Assembly (NCBI GenBank): GCA_977030845.1 | Contig: OZ365113.1 | Location: forward strand, 11,284,001 to 11,348,000 | From: Fimbriosthenelais zetlandica | Taxonomy: Eukaryota | Length of the DNA: 64,000 bases | Direction of reading: 5' to 3' | In this document: in pieces, positions 33,086 through 47,700 of the stretch | Position numbering within the stretch: the first letter of the stretch is position 1 | How the letters are laid out: every line of letters begins with the position of its first letter | The notes under the pieces: model-generated | What the model was told of the DNA's origin: nothing | Database searches by the model: none | The model's input: only the letters and a program-made list of their open reading frames with translations | Program-made: the position numbers and the translations under genes

Positions 33086-36000
33086 ATCAGCTGAGTGTCG
33101 ATGACTTGTTTGTTCCTTCAAATCACCTACATGTATATATATACTAATTTCACAAAATATAATATATTAACGTGTCCTGCTTATTCTTCAGTCCACGTCT
33201 CCCATCTCCCTAAGGGGCATGCTGCATCGTTTCTTAGCTATCCACTGGAAATCCTCACCTGTGGGTAGCGACCTAAAGTATTCATGTATACCTTTACCAG
33301 GCATTGCCTTATATATATAGGTCTAACCCTGTTACAAACCCTCGCCCCTAACATCCCTAACCTAAGATAGCAGGGATGCTAGGGCCAACACTTCGCCAGA
33401 AGTCTAAAACAATAATTATGTGACAAGTCATTCACCTCTCACATAAACATGCACAGACCATCCCACTAAGGCCTAACTTCACCCCCACCCCCACCTCCTC
33501 CACTCTTGTAACAGGGAATGTCCACTTGCCATGTTCTGAATTATCAATTAGTCAATATCCTCCAGACTCACTATCTACCGCCTCTCTACACAGTATATCA
33601 GAGATATGTTAACAATAGAAATATAATTATTTCCTCTCATCTTTCTGTTCCCTCCCTTTTCACTATAATTCACCCGTGAACAATTTGTCATTCCATTCCC
33701 AGTTTTCATTTCCTTTCACCGGAAGTTATAAATGGCAACTCTTATTTTCTTCATTCATTGCCTGGACCCTGTGCACGACTTCCTTGAACTATTTAAAAAT
33801 ATCGCTTCTGTCTTCCATTTAAATGAAATCTCTCCTGGCGATGTGAAAGAGTGACTGGTGCCTTTGACTGCAATCTATCCTCCTTTTCTGGTACACTTGG
33901 TCCCACATTCTTCCTGCCAATCTTTTCCAAGGCAATTTCATTCTCAGCCCGCCCATGCTTTGTCCGCTTCATATCTTCTTTTACACCATATCCCGTGTCG
34001 CTGCATTATGGTTAGCGCCATTCTACTGAGGCTCCTATATGATATTTCATTTGATGCCCTTCTCCATTGCCACCCCCTTTCCACCACCCCTTGGCATTCA
34101 ATATAGGGTAGAGTGGAGGAAGGTCTTTTGAATAGGTGACATAATTTAAGGTATCATGCAGAATTCTAGGCACCAATAAAATACCCATTTAAGATAGGTA
34201 TATTCTGATTCTGATTCTTGAAGATTATTTATTTTCCTCCCCACTATTTTGGTAGACTACACAATGTTCAAAGTCCTGTGTTTTATGTCCCTCTCAGAAG
34301 AAAACAATACCGGATTCTTCTGTGGAATGATCCCTGCAGTAATGTTCTGGGAAACTTGCTTCTCACATTGCATCATCGTGGGAAGAGACACCAGTTATTT
34401 TCTCTGGAAGGACTTCAAACTCCACATTATCAACAAAACCCGATAGCAAGTTCGTTGCACCTAAAACTGTTCCAAGCGTAGATCCCTTCCTGTTTGAAGT
34501 ATTATTATTCTAGAGAAGATTAATTTAATATGTTTGGTACATATATGTAGATTATAATTATATGCGACAATAACAATCATACATCAAATTATGTATCGTG
34601 TTGAAAGTAAAATTCCACAATATTGCGAAGTCAGTATAGGTCTATTGAGCACCTCTATAATATCAATAGAGTTTCTATTATCATTAAAATCTAGTCAGTG
34701 ACAATTGATACGCCACACTAGACCGGGGTCTGTTTCTTTCATTACTTGTGCCAGATTTCGGCTAGAGATCAGATGTTAGGCCTAGTGGATATTTATTTCA
34801 CTCAGTAGGCCAAGGAGGAAAAAAGGTACATATGGTGTGGTTGGTATGATAAAAAAAAAAGCCTGGTCTATACCGTACACAAGCATCGGTTTGTCGTTAT
34901 CATGACCTAAATGTTGCTGGAGAAATGCCTGCTGCCAGTCCCTTGAAATGAGGGTGGTTCTCGATAACAGAAATAGATTCTATTTTATTTTCAGACCTGA
35001 CCCTGGCACTCTCTCGCCTCCTCCACCTGGGCCCAGGTTGCTTGTTTGACCTGACGGGTATATATACAGGGCGTTATTTCCTTCTCTACTTCCGCTTCCT
35101 CTTTCATCCCGCACAACACGAGTGTTTAGCTGCTGGTTATGCACTCCTTCCTGCCGGCCTTCTTCCTTCCATTGCTCCCAATCCTGCTTCCCCATCCCTG
35201 CTCATGAACTCATCTGCGAACTCTTCCCCCTTGGAACCCTTTGCCTTTCAAGCGTGCCATTCACTTTCAATACTCGCTCTTGGGGTTCTTTCATATGATA
35301 CCATTTCCTTCTGCTGTTCATCCATGGTCCTCTTCTGCTCTATTTTCGTCTTTCGTCTTACTTTTCCTCCGTTCCTTCTCATCAGCTGCCTATCTTCTTG
35401 TGTTAGGTCACTGCACGAAAATGTGTCTATAGTGCTACATGAGTCTTGAACTGTATTTGGCATATTCCTTCATTTCCTCATACTTTTCTCTGCGCTTTCT
35501 CTTCTTGTTTTTCTTGTTATCCATCTTCTCCTTCACATCCCTTCTTCTCCCCCGTTATTATTGTTTGTTTCACCCTCACTGCCCATGCTTGTCTTCCTTC
35601 CTTCCGTCACCCCCCCCCCCCCCACCCCCTTCCTCCTATATCTCCATCCTGGATACTTCGCCTGATTAACCATCATCCAGATATTTATTTTTGTCCCGTT
35701 ACTTTAGAGAGGGACTTGGAGTGTGTGGTGTGTGCAGGAATTGGTATGGAGACTGGATGCACTTCCTGCTCCTCAAATACCACTAGGTCGACAGGTGCAT
35801 TTATGTTATGTACTCATCATAGATGATCCGGGGAGCCCGCGGAGGAGCCCCCCAGGCACTGTGCACGGCCTGTATTCAACATTGGGCCGCACTTATAGGT
35901 TGGCGTGAATGAGAGAAATTGAAACTCAAATAAAGCGATTGATGATAGGGGACTGGAGTGTCGAGTACTGACTGAGATCAATTCAGATTTGAAATTGCTG

Positions 36001-37610
36001 TGACATGGCAATAGGTTTTCTTGCTGACTGCCTTCGCCTCTCGAGGCGTCCTGAATGCACGGATTGAAAATGAAATCAGACGTGTTCATAGTTACAAGGC
36101 AGGGACACTTTATTGACTTTTCTTTCTCTCTTCACGCATGGCTACTTTTGTCTACTTATATATGCTGAATTTATGTGATATATGCTGTATTTATGTGTGT
36201 CCATCTTCTTTGGCCTATATTATATTATCATATATAAGTTTAAAATCCACCTAAGAATTTTTTTTTTTAAACATACGTAACTGTCATTGGTATCCTGCCC
36301 ATTTTGTGTAGGAAGCCTTACATACCATTAGATTATTTCTAAAACAACTGTCGTCCAAGTTTAAAGATATATATTCTACGGTCATTCGGGGGCCCTTGTG
36401 GGGTAAACAAGTTGCTTGACCACACAGATTGGTGTCCTTTGTAGCAGGAGGAATACCACCTTTATGCATGTGAATGATTAACTTGGTTAGTGATAACGGA
36501 CCCATCCCCAGCCTCCTATCTCACCAGAACGATCTGGCCCTGAAGACCCTTGGGCTTCTGAAGAACCCTTTTGCAAGAGTGGACATGAAAGGAAGGGGAA
36601 TGTCCTTGGTGAATTATGGAGGTTTTTAGGACGAGGCAGCATATATTGGGGAGAAACACAGAACGGATCAACTCTTTTTATCCTCATCTTTCTCTTCCTC
36701 GTTCTCTTTCCTTCTCTCTGTCTTTGTAACGAAGCCAACCCTCAACTAACCTCACTGTATCACCCTATTACCATGGAAACATGGATCAACCGTTATCTAG
36801 AACGGAGAGCCTCCATCTAACTAGAAAATCCCATTGGGAGGAGAAAGCATTTTTGTCAGGCAAACTTAGTCCAAGAAGAAAGAGCAAAAGTCACTTAATG
36901 CTGCGGACAATAATTCAAGGGGATGTATATAATGTTTTCTTTAAAAAAAAATTTTCATTGTTGTTCCCTCCCCAATTCCCACCTACTCGCCCTCCTACAC
37001 ACTTCTTCGGCACCCATCCAGTCGTAAGCCTGTTTCTGTTGGAAAAATGTTGGGACTACAATATCTTCTAATAGGGGCAATTTGAATGTGGAATTCAGTG
37101 CTCCATATAATGGCGATCCCCTCCCTCATCAAACTCTGGGCCTTACACACAAGATCTATGGGCATACCTATCCTTCCAACCATCGACCACCCACCCAGAT
37201 CTTTTACCTCCTATTGATGTCACTACCTTTGATCAGGGGTGTGTTTGAAGTACTCACATCACCAAACTCTGACCATCTCAGATGTAACATGTATTTTGCT
37301 CATAATTACTATTTACAAGATCACAGCACTCTGAAGATAAAACAACTTTTATGTTTGCTTTAAGGTCAGTGTGAAAGGAATGGTCATCCTTTTTGGGTTC
37401 CTGTGTTGTCAAACAGAAATAAATACCTTTATGTATGTATGAACACGCGGGCGGTCTGTTGTAGCCTAATATAGGCCTATAGACATGTACTACATGAGTC
37501 TTGAACGGATTGCCTCCCAAACAAGCTGGCATGGTCATCCAACAGCTAAAAATAGACGGAAGTTTGGTTACTAACCTTTTATATACATTTTTTATTGATA
37601 TTCGTTAATG

Positions 37611-38352
37611 GGCTAACTCCACTAGGCTTTTGTGTGGTGCGATTGGTGCGATATCTTGGCGCGGTATGTTTTTGTGAGGCAGGGGAGGTAACTGCCGCAC
37701 ATACCTCATCAGAAGCTCCACTAGAGGTTTCATACGGCAGGTGCGGTTATTGCCGCGCCTGACTCAGACAGGGATGGCATTTGTACATTTTAGGGCTTTA
37801 GTTTTTCATGAATGCATTACAGGGTGATATTCACTCTACTCTTTGATAATTCTCGGTGAGATCTTGGAAGAGATGTGCTGTTTTGCAGGTCGGAAACTTA
37901 CATTTTTGCTTCCAGAGGTCAAAATATAACCAGGAGTTGCCTGAAATTTATGTAATAGATCGAGGTTAAATTGGCCTTTGCTCACTTATTCAAAAATATG
38001 TGAACTCTTTAAGCCTTTTCTTATAATAGCTCTGTTGCTATGTTGACCTTGCCGGAAGTGATGGTCATGTGACCAATATAAGCCCTCCCATTGGCTGGGT
38101 ACATGCGATTTACCGCGCAAGATAACTCCATTACAATCGCATCAACCGCGCGTACCGCGCTTGGCCTATTTTCATGCGGTAGTATTAAAATGTTTTGATA
38201 TAGCGCGGCAGGCGTGGGGGGCAGGCGCGGCTCATGCGGTAGCCGCGATTGTATTACTCCACTACCGCATGAAGGTAGCCGCATGCCGCATCAAAAAATC
38301 GCTAATAAAAATCGCGCCTACCGCACCACAAAAAAGCCTAGTGGAGTTACCC
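37611..38352. mobile_element. Non-autonomous DNA transposon (MITE) with ~30-bp terminal inverted repeats
   Basis: Left end GGCTAACTCCACTAGGCTTTTGTGTGGTGCG; right end reverse complement GGGTAACTCCACTAGGCTTTTTTGTGGTGCG; subterminal TACCGC/GCGGTA motifs. No clean TSD, so the superfamily (Harbinger-like?) is uncertain. Confidence 0.85.
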
Positions 38353-39159
38353 TATAAAGGGTAATGCTTAGACTCGCAGAACATCATGTAGAGTTCAAGA
38401 GCAAAAGCTGGAAACTTATTTTCGACTTCCTGCCCCTTCATGAGGCAGAGATGGAGCTCAGGTGCGGAAGTTCATGAATGGGTATTCACGGCTACCCACG
38501 GGTTTAGAAAATGAAAAATTACTGTGCATTCTAAAATCACGAACCAAAAAAAAATGGAATAAGACAAGATTCCAAGACCTGCCTGTATAGAAAATGACAT
38601 TCAAATTAATACATTTAATAAGAGATAGCCTGGAAGTGAGATGAGGGAATGAAGGTTTTAGGTGTTGACTGAAAAAAAATAGATAAGTTTAAACATGGCA
38701 CCACAAGATAAGAGGGAGAACTGACGAGTAAAATAATGAGGAAAAAGTGAATGAGGGAGATACATAAATGAGAGCTTAAAGCATGTTTGGCGCTGGAAGC
38801 AGGCGATAGCAGGAATCTGAAAAACCGGCCTCAAGTATTTACGTTGGAGACAAATGACATTGCCCACAATCTGTGTACAGAGCTGAAAAGATAAGTTTTA
38901 TACAAAGTAGGCAACATTGTACTCATCAGTGGCTTTTAGTGAGGCAGACCATGGTTGTCGAGCAGAGTCCTGAAAAATGGTGAGAAGTGATGTCTTGGCT
39001 TAAAGTGTGAGGACGAGAGATAAGGAACGAAGTCTATTTTATAACCTTTCATCAGTATTTAATCATATCTCTCAACGAAAACATGGGTTTTATTGTGTTA
39101 AATGACCATAATAGTCTTTTTTCACTCTGATATTGAGATAACTTTATACCAGTCTTATA

Positions 39160-40960
39160 TGGCTACCATCTTATTCCACGAGGTGGAGTCACCGTTGTGA
39201 AGTTTCCTGGCAGTCTCTATCAAAAGCCAATCTCGAACCAAGTGAGGAAGAGTAATATCAGTTGCTCCAGTGGGTAACTTTCAATGAAGTCATTGCATAG
39301 ATTTAGACGATCTGAAAACTTTCAATTCTTTGATGAACAAAGATTCCAGTTTAGAATTATTCTATTTACATCAAAGAACTGCCATCAGGATATTCTTTTC
39401 CCAGTATTTTTCTTTTGGCATGATATATTTGTTAGACATGAATGGTCTCAAGAGCTAGACTATTGAAAGTATGTATATTTTACAAAAGGCACCCCCACCC
39501 TCGCAGAAAGTCTGGAGGGCTAGGCTGAGAGGCGCGTGCCCTTTGCTCGGCTCCAGTCGTGTCCTTTCAGAGGCTGTTGTTATTCAGTCTAATGAACTCA
39601 CCATTGCCCAGGGTTCACCAAAATATCACAGGCTCAGATTTATAGAATGCTTTTGGAGCTAAAAGCAGTAGGAGTTCAGTAAGTCTCAGTTAGAGCTCTC
39701 GGTTCCTGTTTGAATATCAGATGTTTCCTTGCACCCTCTAAACATTTGAGCTCAATGTCTTCTTTTCACAGCCTGAAGAGCTTCTATAGCTTTCCAGACT
39801 CCCTCCGCTAATGACGCTACGTATCTGTATATCTCATGCCGCATCCAAACTTTGATAAATCATCTGGATTCCCGAGATTCTCATAAATTGTCTGTAAACC
39901 TTGTAAGAGTCTGTCCTGTCAAATTCCTGGCAGTGTCCCTGCCTGTCATATTTACATCATGCCATCGGGCTCCATGTCAAATTATGTTGCTGAACCTGTC
40001 AAATAAATTACAGGGGACAATTATCTGATAATCTTTAAGGTCCATATATCAAGATATTACATGGCACTTCGTAAGTTATTGCTATTATTCTCGTATTTTA
40101 CTTTAAACCCCAAATTTCTCATCCACTGCGTCATACTACCCTTCAAAACTATTCTAGACACCAAGTTAAAAGAATTTGCCTTCTAACTATCAGCAGTTTC
40201 CTCAAGGCACACCCCACTATAATTAATGTTAGACATTGCTGGCAGGGAGGAAAGGGAGGAAGGGGAAGTTAGGGTGCCAAGTACTGCCACCAGCATTCCA
40301 AGCATGGCTGTAAATTACATTTCTGGCGCAATCAAACACGTTACAAGGAGACACATTGAATTTACGCATGCACGACTGAGCTGTTTCATTATCATGGTTC
40401 GGAAGCATTCCGCCGTGTGGTGCTCACCTCTGGGAGGCACTGATTTCCTATTGATTTCACCATCAACACTTCATGCAATTATTTAGGCCGATATATTTGC
40501 TCGATTCGTTGTGCATTACTGGTAATTATTAAAATAATAAGTCACATTCAAATGACTTCCGTTCCTCCAATTCCCAGACCTAATGTCCTTTGGATCTCTC
40601 CATCTCGTACTCTTGCTCTTCCTATTCTAAAGAGAGCCCTGTCATGTAGCAGCCATTTAAGGCCTATATTTTGATAGAGTAAACTGCATCAACAAATCAT
40701 TGCTTGTATTATGCAGTGAAATAATTTTCTGTAAACTACAATTAAATATGTGGTGCAATTGCAAGATGGGGCCTTATATTATAAACTAAGGCAAGCTCTC
40801 ACGGAGTCTTGTAGAAGATACTCTATCAGCTGGGCTGTCATAACGTATTGAACCGAAGGAATATATTTGTCCGGAATATATGACAAACAGAAAAGAAATG
40901 GTTTTTTTATATTGCAATGAGCTGACAGAGATATTAAAGAGGGTTCCAAGATCCTTAAAA
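39160..40960 (-). mobile_element. Fossil CR1/L2-clade LINE reverse-transcriptase region
   Basis: Motif remnants in the correct order on the minus strand, with stops and frameshifts: QLIEYL, YRK, NDLLM, SVPPRG (for GVPQG), NLGI, L*YFGEPW, LE..QRA, WNK. Confidence 0.5.
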
Positions 40961-43929
40961 AACATCCCTTTGTAGAATTCTGGCCAGTATTTCTATCATT
41001 ATTCTGTTCCACTGGAGCAATCAGTTGACCCAGATTTGAGCAGGCTGAACGAGAGGAGATTATTCCGATTCAGTGGTGTCCCAGTGTCATTAAGCCAGTC
41101 CTAGCCGTGTTTTTGAGTTGAATATGTGGATCAGATGAGACTAAAATATTTTTAATAGTGATATAAGTACTTTCTCTGAGCATACTCTGCACACAAAAGC
41201 CTTAAATCGATAAAATGTGCATATATTCTCCACAAATAAGTTGACAGCATGTTTGAGGGAGCATGTGTGACAGAGGTGTGACAGGATGCCAATCTTCATT
41301 ATTTCCACATTAAACCCAGCTAGTTGGTAAAAAAAAAAAAGGGGGAAGGCCTGTAATGTTAAATATAGCCGGTATTAACCAATGGAATATTAAGTAAAGT
41401 GAATCATAGTTAATGAGAGCCCATCCATATATTGATATCAAGTCAAGCCAGCAGGAAACTCCGTGTTTTGGGTGAAGTACATTGGGGAGCTATAATATGG
41501 GAAAGGGATTTAGAGGAGCGAGTTTTTCTGGGTGGGGGAAGGTGAAGGAAGGGAAGAAGGATGAGGTGGGGGAGGGATGTGGAGATGATGGTTAGCAGGG
41601 AAGGCGTGTGTTTGGGATTATGGATCAATAATGGGTCAATATAGAGTAACCTCAGTGAGAAGAGGGGGCAGATCCGCTCTAGTATTTGCTGATCACTTTC
41701 ATGCAACAAGAGACGGATGGTGTCTGTCCACTACTTCTAAACTGGCAATTCTCCTATTCGGTAAAAATGCCCCTTTTCAAAATGGGCTTTCCGATAACTT
41801 TGTCCCTTTTGTATATACCCACAAGTTTTTTTTACCCACTATCTTTTGATAAGTGCCAACTTCCCCATATATATCGGGGGCCACGGATAAAGTACTATAC
41901 AGGGGACACATAATTGTAACCTGCCCGTAGATAGAACCCAAGCCAACCTATATCCCCTCCTTATCACACCTCACTCACCTCAGCCCACATCTCACCCACA
42001 TTCTATCCCTCTATACCACCATATATTTTTGTCTGCACCTCAGTCCCAGCAGCATGCAGCCAGCTTGAAAATCCCATCTCGCCTCCACCGTTCGGACTAT
42101 GCATCTGACCATTGCTGCTGACGAATGGGAGGTGGCCAGTACATTGGTAGGATAACCTTTAGCTGGGGCCAACTGATTGGCACCGTCTTCCTCCCACTAA
42201 AACACCAGTATTTGGCTAACCGGCATGCATTGGTCAGTCCCGTGTGGTCGTAACACAACCCAGCAGCAAGCCAGTCGTGCATCCCTATAGGCAATTGTTG
42301 CCAAGCTCGTACATTGTCATCACAATAGAGTCTACAGCAAACTCTCATATATTGTTATAAAATGAATTGAAGTAACTACTTTTTCCAATGAATGAATTGG
42401 TGAAACGTTAAATTGCAATGTAAAATGTTTATTTTAACGGCAGCTAATTATCTCTATCGTCCCATGCAGTGAATCAAGGTACATTATTATCTAAACTAAA
42501 TACAGCATCTACATGAATACACAAATGCAGCCAACATATTTACCTGAATGCCAATGATTATAACATATTTTTTGTATTGTATGCTGGACGACCCATGACC
42601 TTCATCATCTATGGTGCAGTTCATCTTGGCGTGTCTCTATATAAAACTAGCATGATCTGGGCAAAAGAGGAGTCCACACCGTTGGGACAATCAGAAAATG
42701 TGATTGATGGTTGCAAGGTTTGCTGAATGTGCAGAATGTTTGGCATCATATGGAGAGGGTAACCTGATACATATTGATGAGGGACCCCGCGATAATCTGA
42801 TAATCATGGTCAATGTACACTATAAAGGGGCACAAGGCACAGTGTAATTGATTGCTCTAAAATATACCTCAATCAAAACAAGAATCTAATCAAGATTTCC
42901 CATACAGACTATACCTATAGTGCTATATATGTATCTTTTTTACGGAGCCTTGGTTACAAATCCGAGACTGCCTGAGGGTTCTAATTAGATCGTAGGAGAT
43001 TAAAGTGCACGAATGCTTAAAATCGATTGAAAAAAGGACCGTGAGATACGGTCCCAGCTAGGTGAAGAGAGAAGTTATAAGATAGATGATCAAGCTAAGG
43101 TTAAAACGGATATGTGTACCTAGTTTATGTCTCCTTGGATCTGGTTTCTATTTTATTTCCCTGATTAAAGATTTCGGGATTGGATGTAATGACCTTTCCA
43201 CTCTCAAGATTTATTAACTGACCGGACCATGATATGTTGGTGTAAAAGGTTACAGGTTCAGTGAATTAAAACAACAAGTAGGTATTATAGATTGCATTTT
43301 CCCCAGCTTCAGGAACTTTTGCAGAAATGCCGAAGTAATATAAGGAGTGAGGACATGCAAGGTGACCCAGACGACTATTGCTGTCGTAGTGTGAGTGAAC
43401 ATCGATTTCAGGTATTGAAATTGTGTCCACTATTACACGGTGACCTCATATTTACTGCCCAAAGCATCTTGGTACATCAAGTAGTATAGGAACATGGAGC
43501 TTTTACACAGGCTTATTCCTCAACTCTTAAGCATGGTGACAATTGTAGTTTTAATTTTGTCAAGGTATAAATGTCTTTAATTAATACCTATTTCAGATCC
43601 ATGTGGTAGATTAGCAGAATTTAAGACACCAAAAATAATGTTTGTATTAATAATATAAACAGTTTAATATGCTGAAATGATAGTATTACCAGTCAACACA
43701 ACCCTTTTAAAATTAATGTATTAGATATAATACAGGAAGCCATTTACAAACCTCTTTTGGGAAGCCTCAATGAGGGGAGACCATGGTTCAAGAGGCAGAC
43801 CGAATGTATCCCCCAATGACTTATTATAACGGTCTCCAGACACAAACGCCCAGATAAGGCGATCCCTGGTGGGCTGTGGAGAGTGGAAATAGGCCAGCGG
43901 AGCTATTCTAGGACGATTAGAAGCAGACA

Positions 43930-44110
43930 TAGCCCAGAGATAGAGAGAGAGAGGGAGAGAGAAAGCAAGAGGGAGGAGAGATAGGAAAAGAGGGATTCAA
44001 GGAGGAGAGGGGGAGAGGTAGAGGGAGACAGGGAGGAAGAGATGGATGCACAGGTTTATTTTGACAGTGGGAGGACAGAGAAGAAGATCTGACAGAGAGG
44101 ACGAGATGCC
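43930..44110. repeat. GA-rich purine tract
   Basis: Directly visible imperfect (GA/GGA)n. Confidence 0.85.
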
Positions 44111-44334
44111 CTTTGTAACAAGATGCAGAAATGAAGGTATGGCCGGGCAGTGGTGAGCAAATCATGGAGATATTTTCGGGCCAGAATAATGAAGGAGACA
44201 CACAACAGAAAGGATTTTTTTCCAAGGGGCGAATGATGCATGAATGGGGAACTGGAGAACTCGCTGGAGTACAGAAGTACCAGGGAGAGATGGGAGAGAA
44301 AAGAGTAAGAAGAGATGAAACCAGCGTAACACAA

Positions 44335-44750
44335 GGACATTGTTTGGACCAAAACATGGCATAAAAACAAGGTGAAGAGTAGTTGGGGATTGCTGTGCTT
44401 CACCAATCAATCTGACTGCTCATTCAAGTGGAGCACATTAGTGCAAACCTCTACCAGGGGGTCTGCTCATTGTAGCTAACCTCTACCATCCATTTTTTCG
44501 CTGTCTGAAGAGGATGATTCCGAGCAGGATAACAGCACGTCATGTTCTCCTTGGCCACCAGAATACCAACTCATGCATATATTATATAGATCCTATCCCA
44601 TGACATTTGGCGGCCCAGTCCATTTAGATATGCCCTTCTTATTGATGAGAACGCGAACAATTCTTTTGGATCATGTACAGATACTCATTCTATGTATGTT
44701 CATGTCCTTGGTGGGTGATGCTCATATGATCACCTAATGAAATCTAATAA
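44335..44750 (+). mobile_element. Fossil LINE apurinic-endonuclease domain (CR1/L2-like)
   Basis: Ordered remnants DIVWTKTWH (for D..LTETW), GIAVL, LLIVANLYHP, VLLGHQN (for GDFN), TRTILLDHV, YDH (for SDH), across frameshifts. Confidence 0.5.
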
Positions 44751-47700
44751 TAAGGAATTATTGATTCTTTTAATACGTATTTTCGATATCATCAAACATT
44801 TTTCTTATTCTACTGTCACAGTGAATGGATGGACAAAGGTTATAAAAGCTGGACACTGCCTTGACGTTCGAGACATAATAAGAACTGAGGCAATTGCCCG
44901 ATGAACCCTAACCGATATAGGCCATTGATCATTTCTTGCACTGTAGCCCACCAACAGAATGTCGGTATGCTAAAATTATGTTCCTATAGATATAGACCAA
45001 AGTGAACATTCATTGTTCCTCTTAGAAAGGGCAATGCAGAAGTATTACGTTAAACTGCCCTTACACAGACGTTCATCTATATATATACAATACATGGCAA
45101 TCGATAGCAATTATATGGAGAGCAGTTTAATCAGGGGAACAGACGAATAATGATCTATGTTGATCAATAGGAAAAAAAGCTCCCCAGAAACAAGAAGAAA
45201 AAGATTATAAATGTGCTTTCTGTTAAGAAAAGACAGAGCAAGAAGGTTATATTCAACATTTTGCACTTTACCTGTTCTTTTGGTCCAGTGATCAGAGTTT
45301 AAAAGAAGGAGCAAAAGGAAGAGATGAAGTTTAGGCATTGGAGAATGTATAGGCTAGTAATTGAGAGTAGGTGAAGAGAAGTTGCTTGTATGAAGGAGGA
45401 GAGAAAGGGTCAAAGAGAAGAGTTGTAGGTGCAAGAGGAGAAGTAGGAGGTGCAGGAAGGGAGGGTGGCAACACCCAGCCTATTGGTACTAGGAGGGTCT
45501 AGGGAGACTCCTCTGGACCACCCCTTTGCCTCGGGGACCCGCCTGCCCCTTGCTTTTCGCATGTGCTGCGTTCCAGTCGGCTGCAATCAGCCTCCACCAC
45601 CGAGGCCCTCAGTCGAGCTTCACCGCTCCCGAGACCCTGTCTCTGATCAGAAAGACGATAGCCTTCACCCATCCCACATCTGCTCCCACCCACTCACCAT
45701 ACACTCTTATACACACATCCCAACCAAACTGCTCATTCATTCCCTGCTCAACAATACCACCAACTGTAGGACGGACTATACAGCAAAAAAAAAACTTCAA
45801 AAGCCAAAGCATGGCTGAAGCAACAGCTTTGATACCATGAAAGGCAGGGGGAGATTCGTTCCACCCTATCAAGATCATGGCATCAAGCAGATTGATAACA
45901 AGAACCACAAGAGCAACATGATTGGCTAGAAAAGCAGCTAAAAGGTCAATGGTGCTATACCTGTTCTCAGCCCATGACCGAGGACTCCTCCAACTGCGGG
46001 AACAAGAGTAGAAAACTAAGTAAGAGCAGAGGTTAACTACTTACCCGTACATCTTCCTCATAGCTCAGGACACTACACCCCTACTGTATAGATGACTCTA
46101 AACCAACGCTGCCTTTTAAACCCTCGAGTAGCAATGTACAATGAGCAAGGGTAGGAGGAGGAGTAGGGGCAGCAGCAAGGGGCAACAACAACGGCCACCA
46201 ATTGCAGTCAGCAAGTCCTAGCGAGCGGAACACACATCCATCGCTGCTGCCACTTTTACCCTTGGACCTAAACTACTCCAGGACCTTGGAGAAACAACAT
46301 CAGGTCCCCTCCACCACAAACTCGAGGAGGAAGAGAAGGGGTGGGCAATTGGACTATAAAAATCCAAATTCTTCTTTTTCTTTTTCTGCCCCTTCTCTTT
46401 CGGCGCTCATGCGCTGGAGTAATGGCGATACAAAACTTGGTGTTGGGATCCAAGGAAGCAGTGATGGAGGCTGGGGGAGATTTGACACCAACATCGTGCA
46501 GTCCACACAGGCAGTTTGTCCTCCACACACGTGATGGGGAAGTGGACCTGGAGGTAAAAGAAAACTATTATTCTCACTGCTCAAGGTGTTCACAATTTTA
46601 ACCTCCACTCGCAATCTATATAGGCAATACTCATGACTCAGCAGATATAAGCCATTTTAATTGCATTTTTGTCATATTTGTGAACATTATTTTCCCAATT
46701 TTTCATTGAGCATCAATACATGGTTCTTATATAGACTATGTGCAACTTATAGTATTGCACATGTGCACTTGGTTGAAGGTTAGCAATCGATATGGTGTAG
46801 CTGTGTACTTGCATTTAGTGATAGGGCCCTGGGTATTGGCTGGAGGGTGGAGAAGGGCTGAATACTGACACCATCTTTAGTCATGTCTCCCTCTGCGGGA
46901 ATAATTTACATGGGGGGCATCTAAAAATGAGCTTAAATTGATTGAATTGTCCATACGTACATCCCAATATAGGCCCTCCAGACAGGCCTATATTTCTAGC
47001 CAGCATTCATTCAGCCATCTATACATGTATGCTCATCCAAATGTATATCAAACATTATTTACACTTATAGATTCAATTGATTGATGTAACATTCCCTTCT
47101 ATCTTTATCCATTCCTTCCTTCATTTATTCATTCCTTCATCATTCATCCATCCGTTCATCTTTTAGTAATTGTCAGCCGATCACTCGATACCTTGTTCAC
47201 CATTGCACATTGCTAATGATTTTAAGGGTTCCCAATATTATCCCCTATCCTAATCTTGTAGATATAAGCGATGTTAGATTAATAATTATCAAAGTTTAAT
47301 ATAGGGGCATATTAAAAGTTTTCTAGAGACTCACCTCACACTATTTGGAAAGTCAATGATCACTTAGTTTTGGTGAATCTACGTTATATTTTCTGATATA
47401 GAAATGATCTGGATAACTGTGGACCAAGAGTCCTACATCATCATTGATGTCGGTTTTTAGATGCCCATTGTTCAGATTTGGCTGTGAAGGATGGGTGCTG
47501 GAATGCCCCCTAATTGCTAAGATCTACAGCCCATATAAATAGCCTCCAACCATGCTACCACTTTGAAGTTCTAACCAAATCTTATTGTACCATGGCTGTC
47601 TTTACCACAAATCCCTATCTCATAGGCTAGCTAGTTACATGTACATTTGACGAGTTGTTTACCTACTTTGTGTAAGTTAATATATTTCGTCTCTAATAAA

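Noticed and set aside
36380-36520. VSDNGP resembling an LTR integrase core motif
   Set aside because: Flanking integrase motifs and spacing do not fit; likely chance.
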